Shown in pieces: positions 40,962 to 51,100 of a DNA stretch of 64,000 nt (positions are counted from its first letter, which is position 1; the number at the start of each line of letters is the position of its first letter). Made by a program: the position numbers and the translations under genes. The stretch is from the NCBI GenBank assembly GCA_964507345.1, contig CAZDPL010000001.1:2073-66072 (forward strand), in the 5' to 3' direction. Source of the DNA: an uncultured Nitrososphaeria archaeon. GTDB lineage: Archaea > Thermoproteota > Nitrososphaeria_A > Caldarchaeales > Wolframiiraptoraceae. The notes under the pieces were generated by a model. That model searched no databases, had not been told where the DNA came from, and worked only from the letters and a program-made list of their open reading frames with translations.

Positions 40962-42224
40962 GTGAACATCGTTGAGAAGATTTTGGCACGAGCATCGGGC
41001 CAGAAGAAAGTCGAGCCCGGGCAGATCGTTGATGCAAAAGTTGATGTCGCCATGTTCCATGACCTCACTGGCCCTCGCTCCATAGAATCCTTTGAGAAAA
41101 TAGGAGTCGAAAAGGTTTGGGATCCTGATAAAATCGTAGTCATTTTCGATCACGACGTTCCGCCATCGACGATCAAAGCAGCAGAACTCCAGAAGAGAGT
41201 TAGAGAATTTGTTAAGAAGCAGGGGATAAGGAAGTTCTATGATGTTGGTAGAGGCGGAGTTTGCCACGTCGTAATGCTCGAGAAAGGCCATGTTAAGCCC
41301 GGAGACTTAATTGTCGGAGCAGACTCTCACACCGTAACCTATGGAGCGCTCGGAGCATTCGCCACCGGGATAGGGGCAACCGACATGGCCGCCGTTCTCG
41401 CAACGGGATCAATCTGGCTCAGAGTTCCTGAAGCGATCAAATTCGATATCAGAGGTGGGCTTCAGAGATTCGTTACTGCGAAAGATGTAATCCTACACAT
41501 AATCGGAATGATCGGAAGTGATGGAGCTACCTATAAGGCGATGGTCTTCTCGGGCAGCGTAGTGAATGAAATGGGGATAGATGGAAGAGCCACGATGTGC
41601 AATATGAGCATAGAGGCGGGTGCGAAAGCCGGAATAGTTGAACCTGATGAAAAAACGATACAATATGTTCGAGAGAGAACTAATGATCCATTTACGCCTC
41701 TCAGAAGCGATCCCGACGCCGAGTTCTCCCAAGTCTTCGACGTAGATGTATCAGACCTCGAGCCCCAGGTAGCCCTTCCACCATCCGTAGATAAAGTCAA
41801 ACCCATTTCCGAGCTGGGTGAAGTGGAGATAGATCAAGCATTCGTTGGAACATGCACGAATGGGAGATTAGAAGACCTACGCCTCGTAGCCGAGATCCTG
41901 AAGGGAAGAAAAGTAAAGGATGGTGTAAGATTCGTAATAATCCCAGGATCTCAGGAAGTCTATGAGAAAGCTCTTCAAGAAGGCTTAATCGAGACCTTCG
42001 TCAAGGCTGGAGCGATAGTCGGAGCTCCTGGCTGCGGACCCTGCATAGGGATAAGTAGGGGAGTGCTAGCGGATGGCGAGGTTTGCGTAAGCGCTGCGAA
42101 TAGAAATTTCGTTGGAAGAATGGGTAGCCCGAAAGCGAAGATCTATCTCGCGTCTCCAGCCACGGTCGCCGCATCAGCTATAACTGGGAAGATCACTGAT
42201 CCGAGGGAGGTGGTGAAGGCGTGA
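40962..42224 (+). CDS. leuC: 3-isopropylmalate dehydratase large subunit
   Basis: GVCH, GADSHT, GTCTNGR, GCGPCIG, NRNFVGRMG. Confidence 0.95.
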   Translation: MNIVEKILARASGQKKVEPGQIVDAKVDVAMFHDLTGPRSIESFEKIGVEKVWDPDKIVVIFDHDVPPSTIKAAELQKRVREFVKKQGIRKFYDVGRGGVCHVVMLEKGHVKPGDLIVGADSHTVTYGALGAFATGIGATDMAAVLATGSIWLRVPEAIKFDIRGGLQRFVTAKDVILHIIGMIGSDGATYKAMVFSGSVVNEMGIDGRATMCNMSIEAGAKAGIVEPDEKTIQYVRERTNDPFTPLRSDPDAEFSQVFDVDVSDLEPQVALPPSVDKVKPISELGEVEIDQAFVGTCTNGRLEDLRLVAEILKGRKVKDGVRFVIIPGSQEVYEKALQEGLIETFVKAGAIVGAPGCGPCIGISRGVLADGEVCVSAANRNFVGRMGSPKAKIYLASPATVAASAITGKITDPREVVKA

Positions 42225-42715
42225 AGCTCGAGGGTAAGGCGGTAATCTACGGCGATAACATCGACACAGACATAATAATCCCAGGCAGATACCTAGTCCT
42301 CCAAGATCCAAAAGAACTCGCAAAACATGCCATGGAGGGGATAGATCCAAAATTCCCCGAGAAAGCTAAGGAAGGAGTGATACTCGTGGCTGGGAAGAAC
42401 TTCGGATGCGGATCCAGTAGAGAGGAGGCGCCTGTAGCCCTGAAACATGCGAATGTGAAATGCGTGATCGCCGAATCTTTTGCGAGGATATTCTATCGAA
42501 ACGCCATAAACATCGGGCTACCAATACTCGAAGCCGAGATCAGAGATAAAGTAAGCGAAGGAGACGAGCTCGTAGTAGACGTCGTAAGCGGAGTAATCGA
42601 AAACAAAACAAAGGGCGTAACCCTCAAAGCGAAACCTCTTCCAAAGCTTGCTCTTGAGATAATAAATGCGGGAGGGCTTGTTCACTACACTCGGAAGAAA
42701 CTCGGCTTAGAGTAA
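42221..42715 (+). CDS. leuD: 3-isopropylmalate dehydratase small subunit
   Basis: NIDTDIIIP, NFGCGSSRE, SFARIFYRNAINIGLP. Confidence 0.95.
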   Translation: MKLEGKAVIYGDNIDTDIIIPGRYLVLQDPKELAKHAMEGIDPKFPEKAKEGVILVAGKNFGCGSSREEAPVALKHANVKCVIAESFARIFYRNAINIGLPILEAEIRDKVSEGDELVVDVVSGVIENKTKGVTLKAKPLPKLALEIINAGGLVHYTRKKLGLE

Positions 42716-42771
42716 AACAAGGCAAACTTTAACATAAGTATCTTCTTCAGAGGCTGGGAGGAATCTAGAAC

Positions 42772-43806
42772 GTGAAGTATAAAATTGCCTTGATGAAGGG
42801 GGATGGCATAGGACCTGAGCAAGCAGATGCAACTCTGATCGTCCTCTCGAAGTTAAGGGAAGTTTTAGGATTAGATTTCGAGCTCATAGAAGTTGAGGCT
42901 GGGGATGAATGCTTTAAGCGGAGAGGAAAAGCTTTACCGAATGACACAATAGAAGTCTTAAAGAGTTCTCATGCATGCTTAAAGGGGCCTGTCGGAGAAA
43001 CTGCCGCCGAAGTCATCGTAAAGCTTAGGCAGATGTTCGATCTTTATGCGAACGTGCGTCCTGCGAAATCTCTTCCAAATGTTCCAGCGCTTAGACCAGA
43101 TGTAGATCTCGTGATAGTTAGAGAAAACACAGAAGGTCTCTACAAGGGGTATGAATACGAATTCGATGGTGCCGCGATTGCTCTTAGAATCATAACTAGG
43201 AGGGGGTGTGAAAGAATTGCGAGATACGCATTTGAGCTTGCGAGGAGAAGAAGGCGGAAGGTAGTGGCGGTTCATAAAGCAAACGTCATGAAGTTGACAT
43301 GTGGATTATTCGCGAAAACATGCAGAGAGCTTTCCAAGAATTATCCAGACATCTCATATTCTGAGATGTACGTAGATGCTGCAGCCATGAACCTCATAAG
43401 AAAGCCCCAAGAATTCGATGTAATCGTAACGACGAACATGTTCGGCGATATTCTATCGGATGAGGCCGCGCAAGTGGTGGGCGGACTCGGATTAGCACCA
43501 GCTGGCAACATTGGAGAAAGATTCGCGATATTTGAGCCAGTTCACGGATGCGCCCCCGACATCGCTGGAAAAGGCATAGCAAATCCAACATCGCTGATAT
43601 TATCAGCCGCGATGATGTTCAACTGGCTGGGAGAAAAATACTCTGATGAAAAATGCCTCCAAGCATCTAGAATGCTCGAGAAAGCGGTCGAGGAGACCTT
43701 AAAGGAAGGAAAAACACTAACCCCTGACCTAGGCGGAGAAGCTTCTACAATGGAATTTGGAAGGAAGGTCGCGGAATTTTTAGAAAGACTTTCTGAAAGC
43801 GGCTGA
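42772..43806 (+). CDS. leuB: 3-isopropylmalate dehydrogenase
   Basis: GDGIGPE, RENTEG, HKANV, NMFGDILSD, EPVHG; leu operon context. Confidence 0.92.
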   Translation: MKYKIALMKGDGIGPEQADATLIVLSKLREVLGLDFELIEVEAGDECFKRRGKALPNDTIEVLKSSHACLKGPVGETAAEVIVKLRQMFDLYANVRPAKSLPNVPALRPDVDLVIVRENTEGLYKGYEYEFDGAAIALRIITRRGCERIARYAFELARRRRRKVVAVHKANVMKLTCGLFAKTCRELSKNYPDISYSEMYVDAAAMNLIRKPQEFDVIVTTNMFGDILSDEAAQVVGGLGLAPAGNIGERFAIFEPVHGCAPDIAGKGIANPTSLILSAAMMFNWLGEKYSDEKCLQASRMLEKAVEETLKEGKTLTPDLGGEASTMEFGRKVAEFLERLSESG

Positions 43807-43808
43807 GG

Positions 43809-43834
43809 ATCGTTATCAGAAATCCGATAACGAT
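43809..43834. promoter_or_regulatory. Perfect inverted repeat (ModE-like operator) overlapping the tupA promoter
   Basis: ATCGTTATC-N8-GATAACGAT; right arm runs into TATA-like ATAAATA ~30 nt before tupA. Confidence 0.6.
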
Positions 43835-43867
43835 AAATACCCCTGATGAGAATTTTTCGATGAAGCT

Positions 43868-44761
43868 ATGAAAAAGCAGCTGATACTCGCAGCATTAATA
43901 ATCGCCGTAGTCGCTGTATTTTCTGTATATCTCGTTGGAAGCCTGGGGTTAATGCATGTTAGAGTGCGAGTTACGACTACGACGAGTCTCTATGCTACAG
44001 GGCTTCTGAATTATCTCGCGGATGAATTCTCAAGGACGCATGAGGGAGTTAGCTTCGACTTCATTCCCGTTGGAAGCGGCGAGGCTTTAAGGAAAGCTGA
44101 ACTCGGCGACGCCTGCATGGTATTCGTCCACGCTCCGAGCCTCGAAAAGAAATACCTCGAAAAAGGCGTGATAACAAATCAAAAGATATTTGCTTACAAT
44201 TACTTCATCATAGCAGGCCCATCCTCAGATCCTGCGGGCGTACGGAACTCCAGTAGTCCAGTCGAAGCATTCATGAAAATATATCGGGCAGGCGAAGAGG
44301 GAGATGCCTTATTCGTAAGTAGGGGGGATAATTCTGGAACTCATGTAAAGGAGCTTTCGCTTTGGAGTAAAGCAGGCTTAGATCCTCGAGGAAAGCGATG
44401 GTATGTGGAGACTGGCAGCGGGATGGGAAACACGCTCCTCATAGCGAATGAGAAGAAAGCATACGTATTATCCGACATAGGAACATTCCTGAAATTCAAG
44501 AAAGAGGGAAAGATTCCAGACCTCGAAGTTCTATACGAAGGCGGGATGGATTTGATAAATGTTTACAGCGTTTACCTCGTGACTTCCTGTAAAAATCCTG
44601 AAAAACGATTGGCGATGGAATTCATGAACTTCATTAGCGGGGACGCGCAAGACCTCATAGCAGGCTATAAGGTTGAAGAATTTGGTCAACCGCTATTCAA
44701 TCCAGCGGAAGGAAATCTCGATTGGCTTAGGAAGGCTTGGGAGAGCTTGGCTACATCATAG
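43868..44761 (+). CDS. tupA: Tungstate ABC transporter substrate-binding protein TupA
   Basis: N-terminal anchor; TTTS motif, VGSGEAL, VHAP, FVSRGDNSGTHVKE, GSGMG. Confidence 0.92.
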   Translation: MKKQLILAALIIAVVAVFSVYLVGSLGLMHVRVRVTTTTSLYATGLLNYLADEFSRTHEGVSFDFIPVGSGEALRKAELGDACMVFVHAPSLEKKYLEKGVITNQKIFAYNYFIIAGPSSDPAGVRNSSSPVEAFMKIYRAGEEGDALFVSRGDNSGTHVKELSLWSKAGLDPRGKRWYVETGSGMGNTLLIANEKKAYVLSDIGTFLKFKKEGKIPDLEVLYEGGMDLINVYSVYLVTSCKNPEKRLAMEFMNFISGDAQDLIAGYKVEEFGQPLFNPAEGNLDWLRKAWESLATS

Positions 44762-44777
44762 ATCGGAGGTATTTTCA

Positions 44778-45419
44778 GTGATCGAGGAGATTGTAGAAAT
44801 AACATTAAGGTCCTTAAGCATTTCTGGAGCAGCGACTTTACTCGCCAGTTCGTGGAGTATACCAGTAGCGTATAAAATATCTAGGTCTCAGCGGCTCTCA
44901 GCATTCTTCATGCCGATAGTGGAAGCGATAATTGGGATGCCGACCGTTCTCATCGGACTAGTAATGTACATGCTGCTGTGTAGCAGAGGCCCCCTCGGCG
45001 TCTTCAGACTCCTCTACACACCCTATGCGATAATTCTCGGACAAGCTATCCTGATAACCCCCTTACTAATCGCGACCAGCTTCAGATCCCTATTCCACGC
45101 GAATCAACGCTACGGAGAGCTTGCTTTAACGCTTGGAGCTACGGAGAGGCAGGCCATGAAGCTCGTTTTAACAGAGTCCACACCAGGAATCATAGCCTCC
45201 ATAGTAATGTCTTTCTCAAGAGCATTAGGAGAGCTTGGCGTCGCATTAATGGTAGGCGGCAACATAAGGGGATATACGAGGGTCATAACAACGGCGATCG
45301 CCTTAGAAGTATCGAGAGGAGAATTTGAGCTAGCGTTAACCCTAGGCTGCATCCTAATAACAATCCTCATCATAGTCTCCCTCTCCTTGAGAATGCTTAG
45401 GAGGTTGCAGCCACTATGA
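44778..45419 (+). CDS. tupB: Tungstate ABC transporter permease TupB
   Basis: MPTVLIGL, SRGPLG, GQAILITP, RALGELG..LMVGGNIRGYTRVITTAIAL; GTG start after SD GGAGGT. Confidence 0.92.
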   Translation: MIEEIVEITLRSLSISGAATLLASSWSIPVAYKISRSQRLSAFFMPIVEAIIGMPTVLIGLVMYMLLCSRGPLGVFRLLYTPYAIILGQAILITPLLIATSFRSLFHANQRYGELALTLGATERQAMKLVLTESTPGIIASIVMSFSRALGELGVALMVGGNIRGYTRVITTAIALEVSRGEFELALTLGCILITILIIVSLSLRMLRRLQPL

Positions 45420-46117
45420 GCATAAAGCTTGAAGAGATCTGGTTCCGATATCCAAGAAATCCAAAATGGATTCTGAAAGGGATTTCACTGACTTTCAAGG
45501 AAAGTGAAGTAACAGTTGTGGTGGGTCCAAATGGAAGCGGCAAAACAACACTGCTCAAAATCGCCTCTCTTCTCTATAAGCCTCTAAGAGGCTTCGTCGA
45601 GGCTTGGGGAAATGATTTCTGGAGCCTTACAGGCGATGCGAAGACAAAACTACGGAGAAGAGTGGTTTATGTTCATGAGAAGCCTATACTAATCAAGGGA
45701 ACAGCTCTTCATAATGTCGCCTACGGACTTCTCCTGAGAGGGTTTTCCAGAGAGGAGTCTCTAAGAATCGCGGAGAATTTGTTCACGAGATTCGGAGTGC
45801 CTTATCTGAAAGGCAAGCCCGCTAGCATGCTGTCTGCTGGGGAATCTCAGCTAGTCTCACTTCTCAGAGCAATAGTAGTCAATCCATCTCTGCTTTTCTT
45901 AGATGAGCCGATGGCCCACCTAGATCTAGGTAAACGCCGAATTGTACTTTCAATGATTAGGGATCTCGTGAAGAATGGTGTCGGAGTGGTAATCGCCACA
46001 CATGATTTTTCCTTAGCTCGATCTCTAGCGGATAAGGTAGTGATCCTCGAAGAGGGGGCGATCGCAGCTGAGGGAGGTTTTGAGGTAATTTTCGAATATT
46101 TAGGGCAAAAAGTTTAA
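45416..46117 (+). CDS. tupC: Tungstate ABC transporter ATP-binding protein TupC
   Basis: GPNGSGKT, LSAGE, LDEP, ATHD; ATGA-coupled to tupB. Confidence 0.88.
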   Translation: MSIKLEEIWFRYPRNPKWILKGISLTFKESEVTVVVGPNGSGKTTLLKIASLLYKPLRGFVEAWGNDFWSLTGDAKTKLRRRVVYVHEKPILIKGTALHNVAYGLLLRGFSREESLRIAENLFTRFGVPYLKGKPASMLSAGESQLVSLLRAIVVNPSLLFLDEPMAHLDLGKRRIVLSMIRDLVKNGVGVVIATHDFSLARSLADKVVILEEGAIAAEGGFEVIFEYLGQKV

Positions 46118-46147
46118 TTAACAATCAACTTCTTCACAAAACCAGTC

Positions 46148-47647
46148 TTGAGCGAGTATGTTAGAATCTTCGACACAACTCTCAGAGATGGCGAACAAGC
46201 TCCAGGAGTAAGCTTAACACCTGAGCAGAAGCTTGAGCTAGCTATTCAGCTCGATAGACTTGGAGTCGACGCAATAGAAGCGGGCTTCCCAATAGCGTCA
46301 GAAGGTGAGCGTAAAGCCGTTAAGATGATCGCTGAAGCTGGTTTGAAATGCGAGATCTGCGCGCTCGCGAGAGCTGCTAAAGAAGACATCGACGCGGCCA
46401 TGAGCTGTAATCCAAACTCGATTCACGTATTCTTCTCGACCAGTGACGTCCACCTAAAGATACTGCGAGTAAGCAGAGAGGAGGTGCTGGAGAGAGTTAG
46501 CGATGCCGTATCTTACGTGAAAGATCATGGATTCATTTGTGAGTTCTCTCCGATGGACGCTACGCGAACTGAGCTCGATTTCCTTAAGCAAGTATGCAAA
46601 ACCGTCGAGGAAGCTGGCGCCGACAGAATCGATATTCCAGATACGGTTGGAATAATGACGCCGCAGTCAATGTACGAGCTAATCTCGGAAATAAAAAAGG
46701 TTGTGAGAATTCCGATAAGTGTGCATTGTCATAACGATTTCGGCTTAGCAGTTGCGAACACTCTTGCAGGTATAGAGGCGGGGGCAGCTCAAGCTCACGT
46801 AACTGTGAACGGGATAGGGGAGAGAGCTGGAAACGCGGCGCTTGAGGAAGTGGTCTTGGCGCTACATTTACTTTACGGAAAGAAGACAAATATTGATACC
46901 TCGAAAATTTATGCTACATCTCAGATGGTGAAGAGGCTCACAGGAATATCTCTTCAACCCCATAAACCTGTGGTGGGAGATAACGCTTTTGCTCATGAAT
47001 CAGGGATACACGTTAAAGGCGTTGTGATAGATCCAACAACCTTTGAGCCATTTAAGCCAGAGCTTGTTGGAAGAGTCAGAAAGATCGTTGCTGGAAAGCA
47101 TGCGGGAAGGCATGGAATTAAAACAATTCTCGAGGAAAGCGGATTAACTCCGACCGAGGAGCAGCTTTCAGAAATCGTGAGAAGAGTTAAGGAGCTTGGG
47201 GATAAGGGCAAAACTGTAACTGATACTGACGTGATAGCGATAGCGAGGTCAATAATAGAAACACCCCCATCCGAGAAGAAGGTGCTAGATCTAAAGGAGC
47301 TAGTAGTCGTAACGGGGACAGGAGTTATACCCACATCCTCAGTTCGGATAAACATTGAAGGAAAAGACTACATCTCAGCGGAAACCGGAGTAGGTCCTGT
47401 CGATGCCTCCCTAAAAGCTATACAAAAGGTAACCCAAAACTTAGCGCGGATTCGCTTAAAGGAATTTAGAATTGAAGCGGTTACGGGAGGTTCTGACGCC
47501 GTCGCGGAGGTGATCGTGAAAGTAGAGGACGAGCAGGGAAACGTTGTATCCGCAAGAGGTGCGAGAGAAGACATAGTGATGGCAAGCGTCGAAGCAATGG
47601 TAAACGCATTAAACAAGCTCCTAGTCAGAAGAGCCTCCCAATCCTGA
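46148..47647 (+). CDS. leuA: 2-isopropylmalate synthase (LeuA/CimA family)
   Basis: DTTLRDGEQ, HCHND.G, NGIGERAGNA, FAHESGIH, regulatory GVGPVDA domain. Confidence 0.92.
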   Translation: MSEYVRIFDTTLRDGEQAPGVSLTPEQKLELAIQLDRLGVDAIEAGFPIASEGERKAVKMIAEAGLKCEICALARAAKEDIDAAMSCNPNSIHVFFSTSDVHLKILRVSREEVLERVSDAVSYVKDHGFICEFSPMDATRTELDFLKQVCKTVEEAGADRIDIPDTVGIMTPQSMYELISEIKKVVRIPISVHCHNDFGLAVANTLAGIEAGAAQAHVTVNGIGERAGNAALEEVVLALHLLYGKKTNIDTSKIYATSQMVKRLTGISLQPHKPVVGDNAFAHESGIHVKGVVIDPTTFEPFKPELVGRVRKIVAGKHAGRHGIKTILEESGLTPTEEQLSEIVRRVKELGDKGKTVTDTDVIAIARSIIETPPSEKKVLDLKELVVVTGTGVIPTSSVRINIEGKDYISAETGVGPVDASLKAIQKVTQNLARIRLKEFRIEAVTGGSDAVAEVIVKVEDEQGNVVSARGAREDIVMASVEAMVNALNKLLVRRASQS

Positions 47648-48397
47648 TTGAATTTCGTTAAGGAACTGCTTTCTAATTAATCTACCAACTTCTCCAATTC
47701 CCTGAACTAAGAAGCCGTAGCAGTTTTCAGGAGAATCTGGCGGAACGTAGAGAAGTAATGCGTCCTCGAAGTCGGCGACGAAGAAATTGAATGGCATAGG
47801 GGTGTTAAGCGATTTCCCTTGGAATTCTTTCAGCATTTCCTCAATCTTGTTTAATGGAACTATTTCTCGAAGAAGCTTAACGTTAATGGTGAGATAAATC
47901 TTCACTCCCCGCTCCCTAATTTTCCTGAGCTGGTTTATGAGGTCGTCGAGTACCGTGGGAGGTAGGCAGACTATCCGTAAGAGGAGGTCTTTCCTTGCTT
48001 CTTGAAGAAGTCTTAATGATGCTCGATACGCTTGCATGCCTCGAAGAAGCGAAACCTCGCATCTTGAGGCGGTTTTCCCTGAAAGGTATAGGTTGTTTAG
48101 GGTTTCGATGGCCTTAGAGAGCTGGGAGACGAGCTGATTCTTCAAGGGCACGAGGCTTCTCTCAGGAGAGATCGCGGAGTAAACTGCTGGCCTAGATTCT
48201 TTTATTCTTTGAATAAGTCCAGAGTTCTCCAGCTTCGATAGAACGTCGTAGATCCTCGTTCGGGGTACTCCTGACTTTCTCGCGATCTCGTATGCTTCTG
48301 CTTCTCCAAGCTCTACTATGGCCACGTAGGCTTTGGCCTCGTATTCGGTTAGCCCCAGCTTCTTGAGAGCGTCTATCAGTTGATCCGCGTCCATCAT
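47621..48397 (-). CDS. TrmB-family transcriptional regulator
   Basis: LGLTEYEAKAY...EIARKSGVPRTRIYDVL.KL...RP..Y. Confidence 0.92.
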   Translation of the reverse strand: MMDADQLIDALKKLGLTEYEAKAYVAIVELGEAEAYEIARKSGVPRTRIYDVLSKLENSGLIQRIKESRPAVYSAISPERSLVPLKNQLVSQLSKAIETLNNLYLSGKTASRCEVSLLRGMQAYRASLRLLQEARKDLLLRIVCLPPTVLDDLINQLRKIRERGVKIYLTINVKLLREIVPLNKIEEMLKEFQGKSLNTPMPFNFFVADFEDALLLYVPPDSPENCYGFLVQGIGEVGRLIRKQFLNEIQSGLGGSSD

Positions 48398-48468
48398 GAA
48401 TAATACTCCAAAAGTTACAAAAAACTTTTATTGTCGCCTCAGACACCCGAGAACCGGGTGAAGAAGTC

Positions 48469-49152
48469 TTGGAGGCTCCTGCAATTAAGTTTGAAAACGT
48501 ATGGAAGATATACAAGCTTGGCGAGGTGGAGGTTCCAGCTCTCAGGGGGCTTAGCGTCGAGATAAAGCGCGGCGAACATGTCGCTGTAATGGGGCCTTCT
48601 GGAAGCGGGAAATCGACATTTCTACATCTCGCAGGCGCTTTAGATAGGCCGACGAGGGGCCGCGTCCTAATTGAGGGGAAAGATCCGAGCAAGATGAGCG
48701 ACGCAGAGCTAAGCATGCTCAGGAACAGGTATATCGGCTTCGTTTTCCAAGCCTTCAACCTGATTCCCAGACTTACAGCTCTTCAAAACGTCATGCTCCC
48801 CTTAATGGTTAGAGGCGTAAATGGCTTAGAACGCGTTAAAAGAGCGAAGGAAGCTTTAGAAAAGGTGGGTTTGGCTCATAGAATGAATCATAAGCCGACG
48901 GAGCTTAGCGGAGGAGAGCAGCAGAGGGTCGCCATAGCGAGAGCGATAGTAACGAATCCTAGGATAATTTTGGCTGATGAGCCGACTGGAAACCTCGACT
49001 CAACCTCTGCAGCAGAAGTCGTCGAGCTACTGTCTAAATTGAATCGCGAGCTTGGGATAACGCTAGTAGTGGTAACGCATAATCCCGAAACCGCAGCTCC
49101 AGCTCAAAGAATAGTTAGAATAAGGGATGGTGTGATCTATGAGGAGAATTAA
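48469..49152 (+). CDS. ABC transporter ATP-binding protein (LolD/MacB type)
   Basis: GPSGSGKST, IGFVFQAFNL, LSGGEQQRVAIARA, ADEPTGNLD. Confidence 0.95.
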   Translation: MEAPAIKFENVWKIYKLGEVEVPALRGLSVEIKRGEHVAVMGPSGSGKSTFLHLAGALDRPTRGRVLIEGKDPSKMSDAELSMLRNRYIGFVFQAFNLIPRLTALQNVMLPLMVRGVNGLERVKRAKEALEKVGLAHRMNHKPTELSGGEQQRVAIARAIVTNPRIILADEPTGNLDSTSAAEVVELLSKLNRELGITLVVVTHNPETAAPAQRIVRIRDGVIYEEN

Positions 49153-51100
49153 CCTAGCCTACATTTTCCTGTTCCTGCTAGCGCTAATGCTAATCGCCCC
49201 ACTAACCAGTAGCGTAGCCGCTCAAACTATACCAGATGTAAAGTTCGCGGACGCATGGTTCGGAGACTTGAATAAGAAGATCGAGGTGGAGCCAGGCGAC
49301 AAAGGTGTCCAGCTAGTAGTCCAGCTCGTAAACACGGAAGATAAGCCGTTTAGATACGCTGAAGGAATACTATATCTTCCAGGAGGGTTCAGAGACGCGG
49401 TCACAGGAGATCAGAAGACAAAGCTTTCAGTAACCCAGCAGATCCCAGCAGGCGGATACTTCTACTTCAAATTCTTGATAGACATAGGCGAAGACGTTAA
49501 GGTAGGTGAATACAAGGCGAAACTCGAAGTCAGATACGTCGAATGGGATGAAGATGATCTCTCGCAAACATTCATCAACATAAAGTTCAGAGTAACAGGC
49601 AAAGCCGTAATCAGCTCTGAGGTCGCCCCGAACGAGATACCGCCGGGAAGCAAGCAGAATGTTAACCTGATTGTAAGGAACATTGGTTCAACTGAGGCAT
49701 CAGATGTTGAGATCTGGATTGAAAGCGCTTCTCCAGGCTTAGCAATTCTCGAAGGGCAGGGAAGGCATAGGCTTGGAAACCTCGCGCCGAACGCCTCCGT
49801 TAAGGTGCCTTTAACGCTCATAGCTAGCAGAGCGATCGCTGACACGACCGCAGCTCTCAAACTTGTGGTCAGCTACTTCAACTCCTACGGCTTCAAGGTT
49901 ACTGAAACTCAAACAGTCTCAGTGAAGGTCGAGCCGCTAGGTGGAGTAGCGGTGGTTCTCGACGTTTATGCGGCGAACCCGATTCTGGAGCCAGCGCGAA
50001 CTACCTCGCTTGAAGTAGTTGTAGCAAATCGGGGAACTGAGGTGGCTAAGGACGTAAACGTGATGATAGGCTTCTCGCAGCTTCCGAACCCGCCGATAAC
50101 CTTGCTGAAAGGGGAGTCATCGATAAAGCTTGGCGACATAGCTCCAGGAGAGGAGAAGAAGATTGATCTCGAAGTATTCGTGAACGAGCTGGCCTCAGGG
50201 AGATCTTACTCGATCCCGGTTTCAGTGGCTTACGCGGATGATGAAGGCCGTCATGTCATCCAAACGGGATTAACCTTAACGATCCTAGAGGAAAGTCGGA
50301 GGAATAGGCTGAGAATATACACGGAGGAATATGTGCGGGGAGGAATGATCGAGAAGGTGAACATCACGGTCGAGAACATAGCTGGAGAAGAACTGAGAGA
50401 CATAACCTTAACGCTTTCACCGATGGTGGGCTGGGTAACACTCCTCGGCCCAACGACCTGGAACATACCCAAGCTCGAAAGCGGTGAGAAAACCGTGCTT
50501 AAACTAGAGATGTATGTTCCATCAGAAACCGCAACTGGATCAACGATAGGCGAACCATTCAACTTGAAAGTGGATGCGAGCTTCAGAGATAGGAGCGGGC
50601 AAATTCGAAGCGAAGTCCATGTACTCGGAATGTACGTCAAAGGAATAATAGAGCTCAGATTGCAGGAGATCTCGATCGAGAAGCTTGGAGAAGATATCTT
50701 GCTGATAGGTAGATTGCTTAATGAGGGAACAGAGAAGGCGTCATATACGCAGGTTCAGCTAATCGGAGGAGACCTCCAATCCAACATAGTCAGCTATCTC
50801 GGAGACGTTGAGCCAAACGCCCCGATCCTCTTCAACATACCGGTCGAAAAGCTTCTGAAGACCGAGGGAAAGGCTAAGGTGAAGCTTAAGGTCACCTACC
50901 AGAACTCGCTGAGACAGAGAGGCGAGACGATCCTAGAAGCAGAGGTCGATATACCCTCCTTCTCGGAGGAATCCGCGCAAGCCGAGGCGCCGAGCCTTCT
51001 TCAAGGAATGCGTCTACCGCTAGTGATTCTATTGGTGATCATAGCGGCCGCGGTGGTAATCTATTTCGCGAGGAGGTCGAGGAGGGTTGAAGCTACTTGA
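49139..51100 (+). CDS. COG1361-type surface protein (Ig-like repeats, signal peptide, C-terminal TM anchor)
   Basis: Signal peptide; repeated N.G..A..V and LG.I.PGE motifs; C-terminal TM plus basic tail; lies between ABC ATPase and permease. Confidence 0.8.
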   Translation: MRRINLAYIFLFLLALMLIAPLTSSVAAQTIPDVKFADAWFGDLNKKIEVEPGDKGVQLVVQLVNTEDKPFRYAEGILYLPGGFRDAVTGDQKTKLSVTQQIPAGGYFYFKFLIDIGEDVKVGEYKAKLEVRYVEWDEDDLSQTFINIKFRVTGKAVISSEVAPNEIPPGSKQNVNLIVRNIGSTEASDVEIWIESASPGLAILEGQGRHRLGNLAPNASVKVPLTLIASRAIADTTAALKLVVSYFNSYGFKVTETQTVSVKVEPLGGVAVVLDVYAANPILEPARTTSLEVVVANRGTEVAKDVNVMIGFSQLPNPPITLLKGESSIKLGDIAPGEEKKIDLEVFVNELASGRSYSIPVSVAYADDEGRHVIQTGLTLTILEESRRNRLRIYTEEYVRGGMIEKVNITVENIAGEELRDITLTLSPMVGWVTLLGPTTWNIPKLESGEKTVLKLEMYVPSETATGSTIGEPFNLKVDASFRDRSGQIRSEVHVLGMYVKGIIELRLQEISIEKLGEDILLIGRLLNEGTEKASYTQVQLIGGDLQSNIVSYLGDVEPNAPILFNIPVEKLLKTEGKAKVKLKVTYQNSLRQRGETILEAEVDIPSFSEESAQAEAPSLLQGMRLPLVILLVIIAAAVVIYFARRSRRVEAT

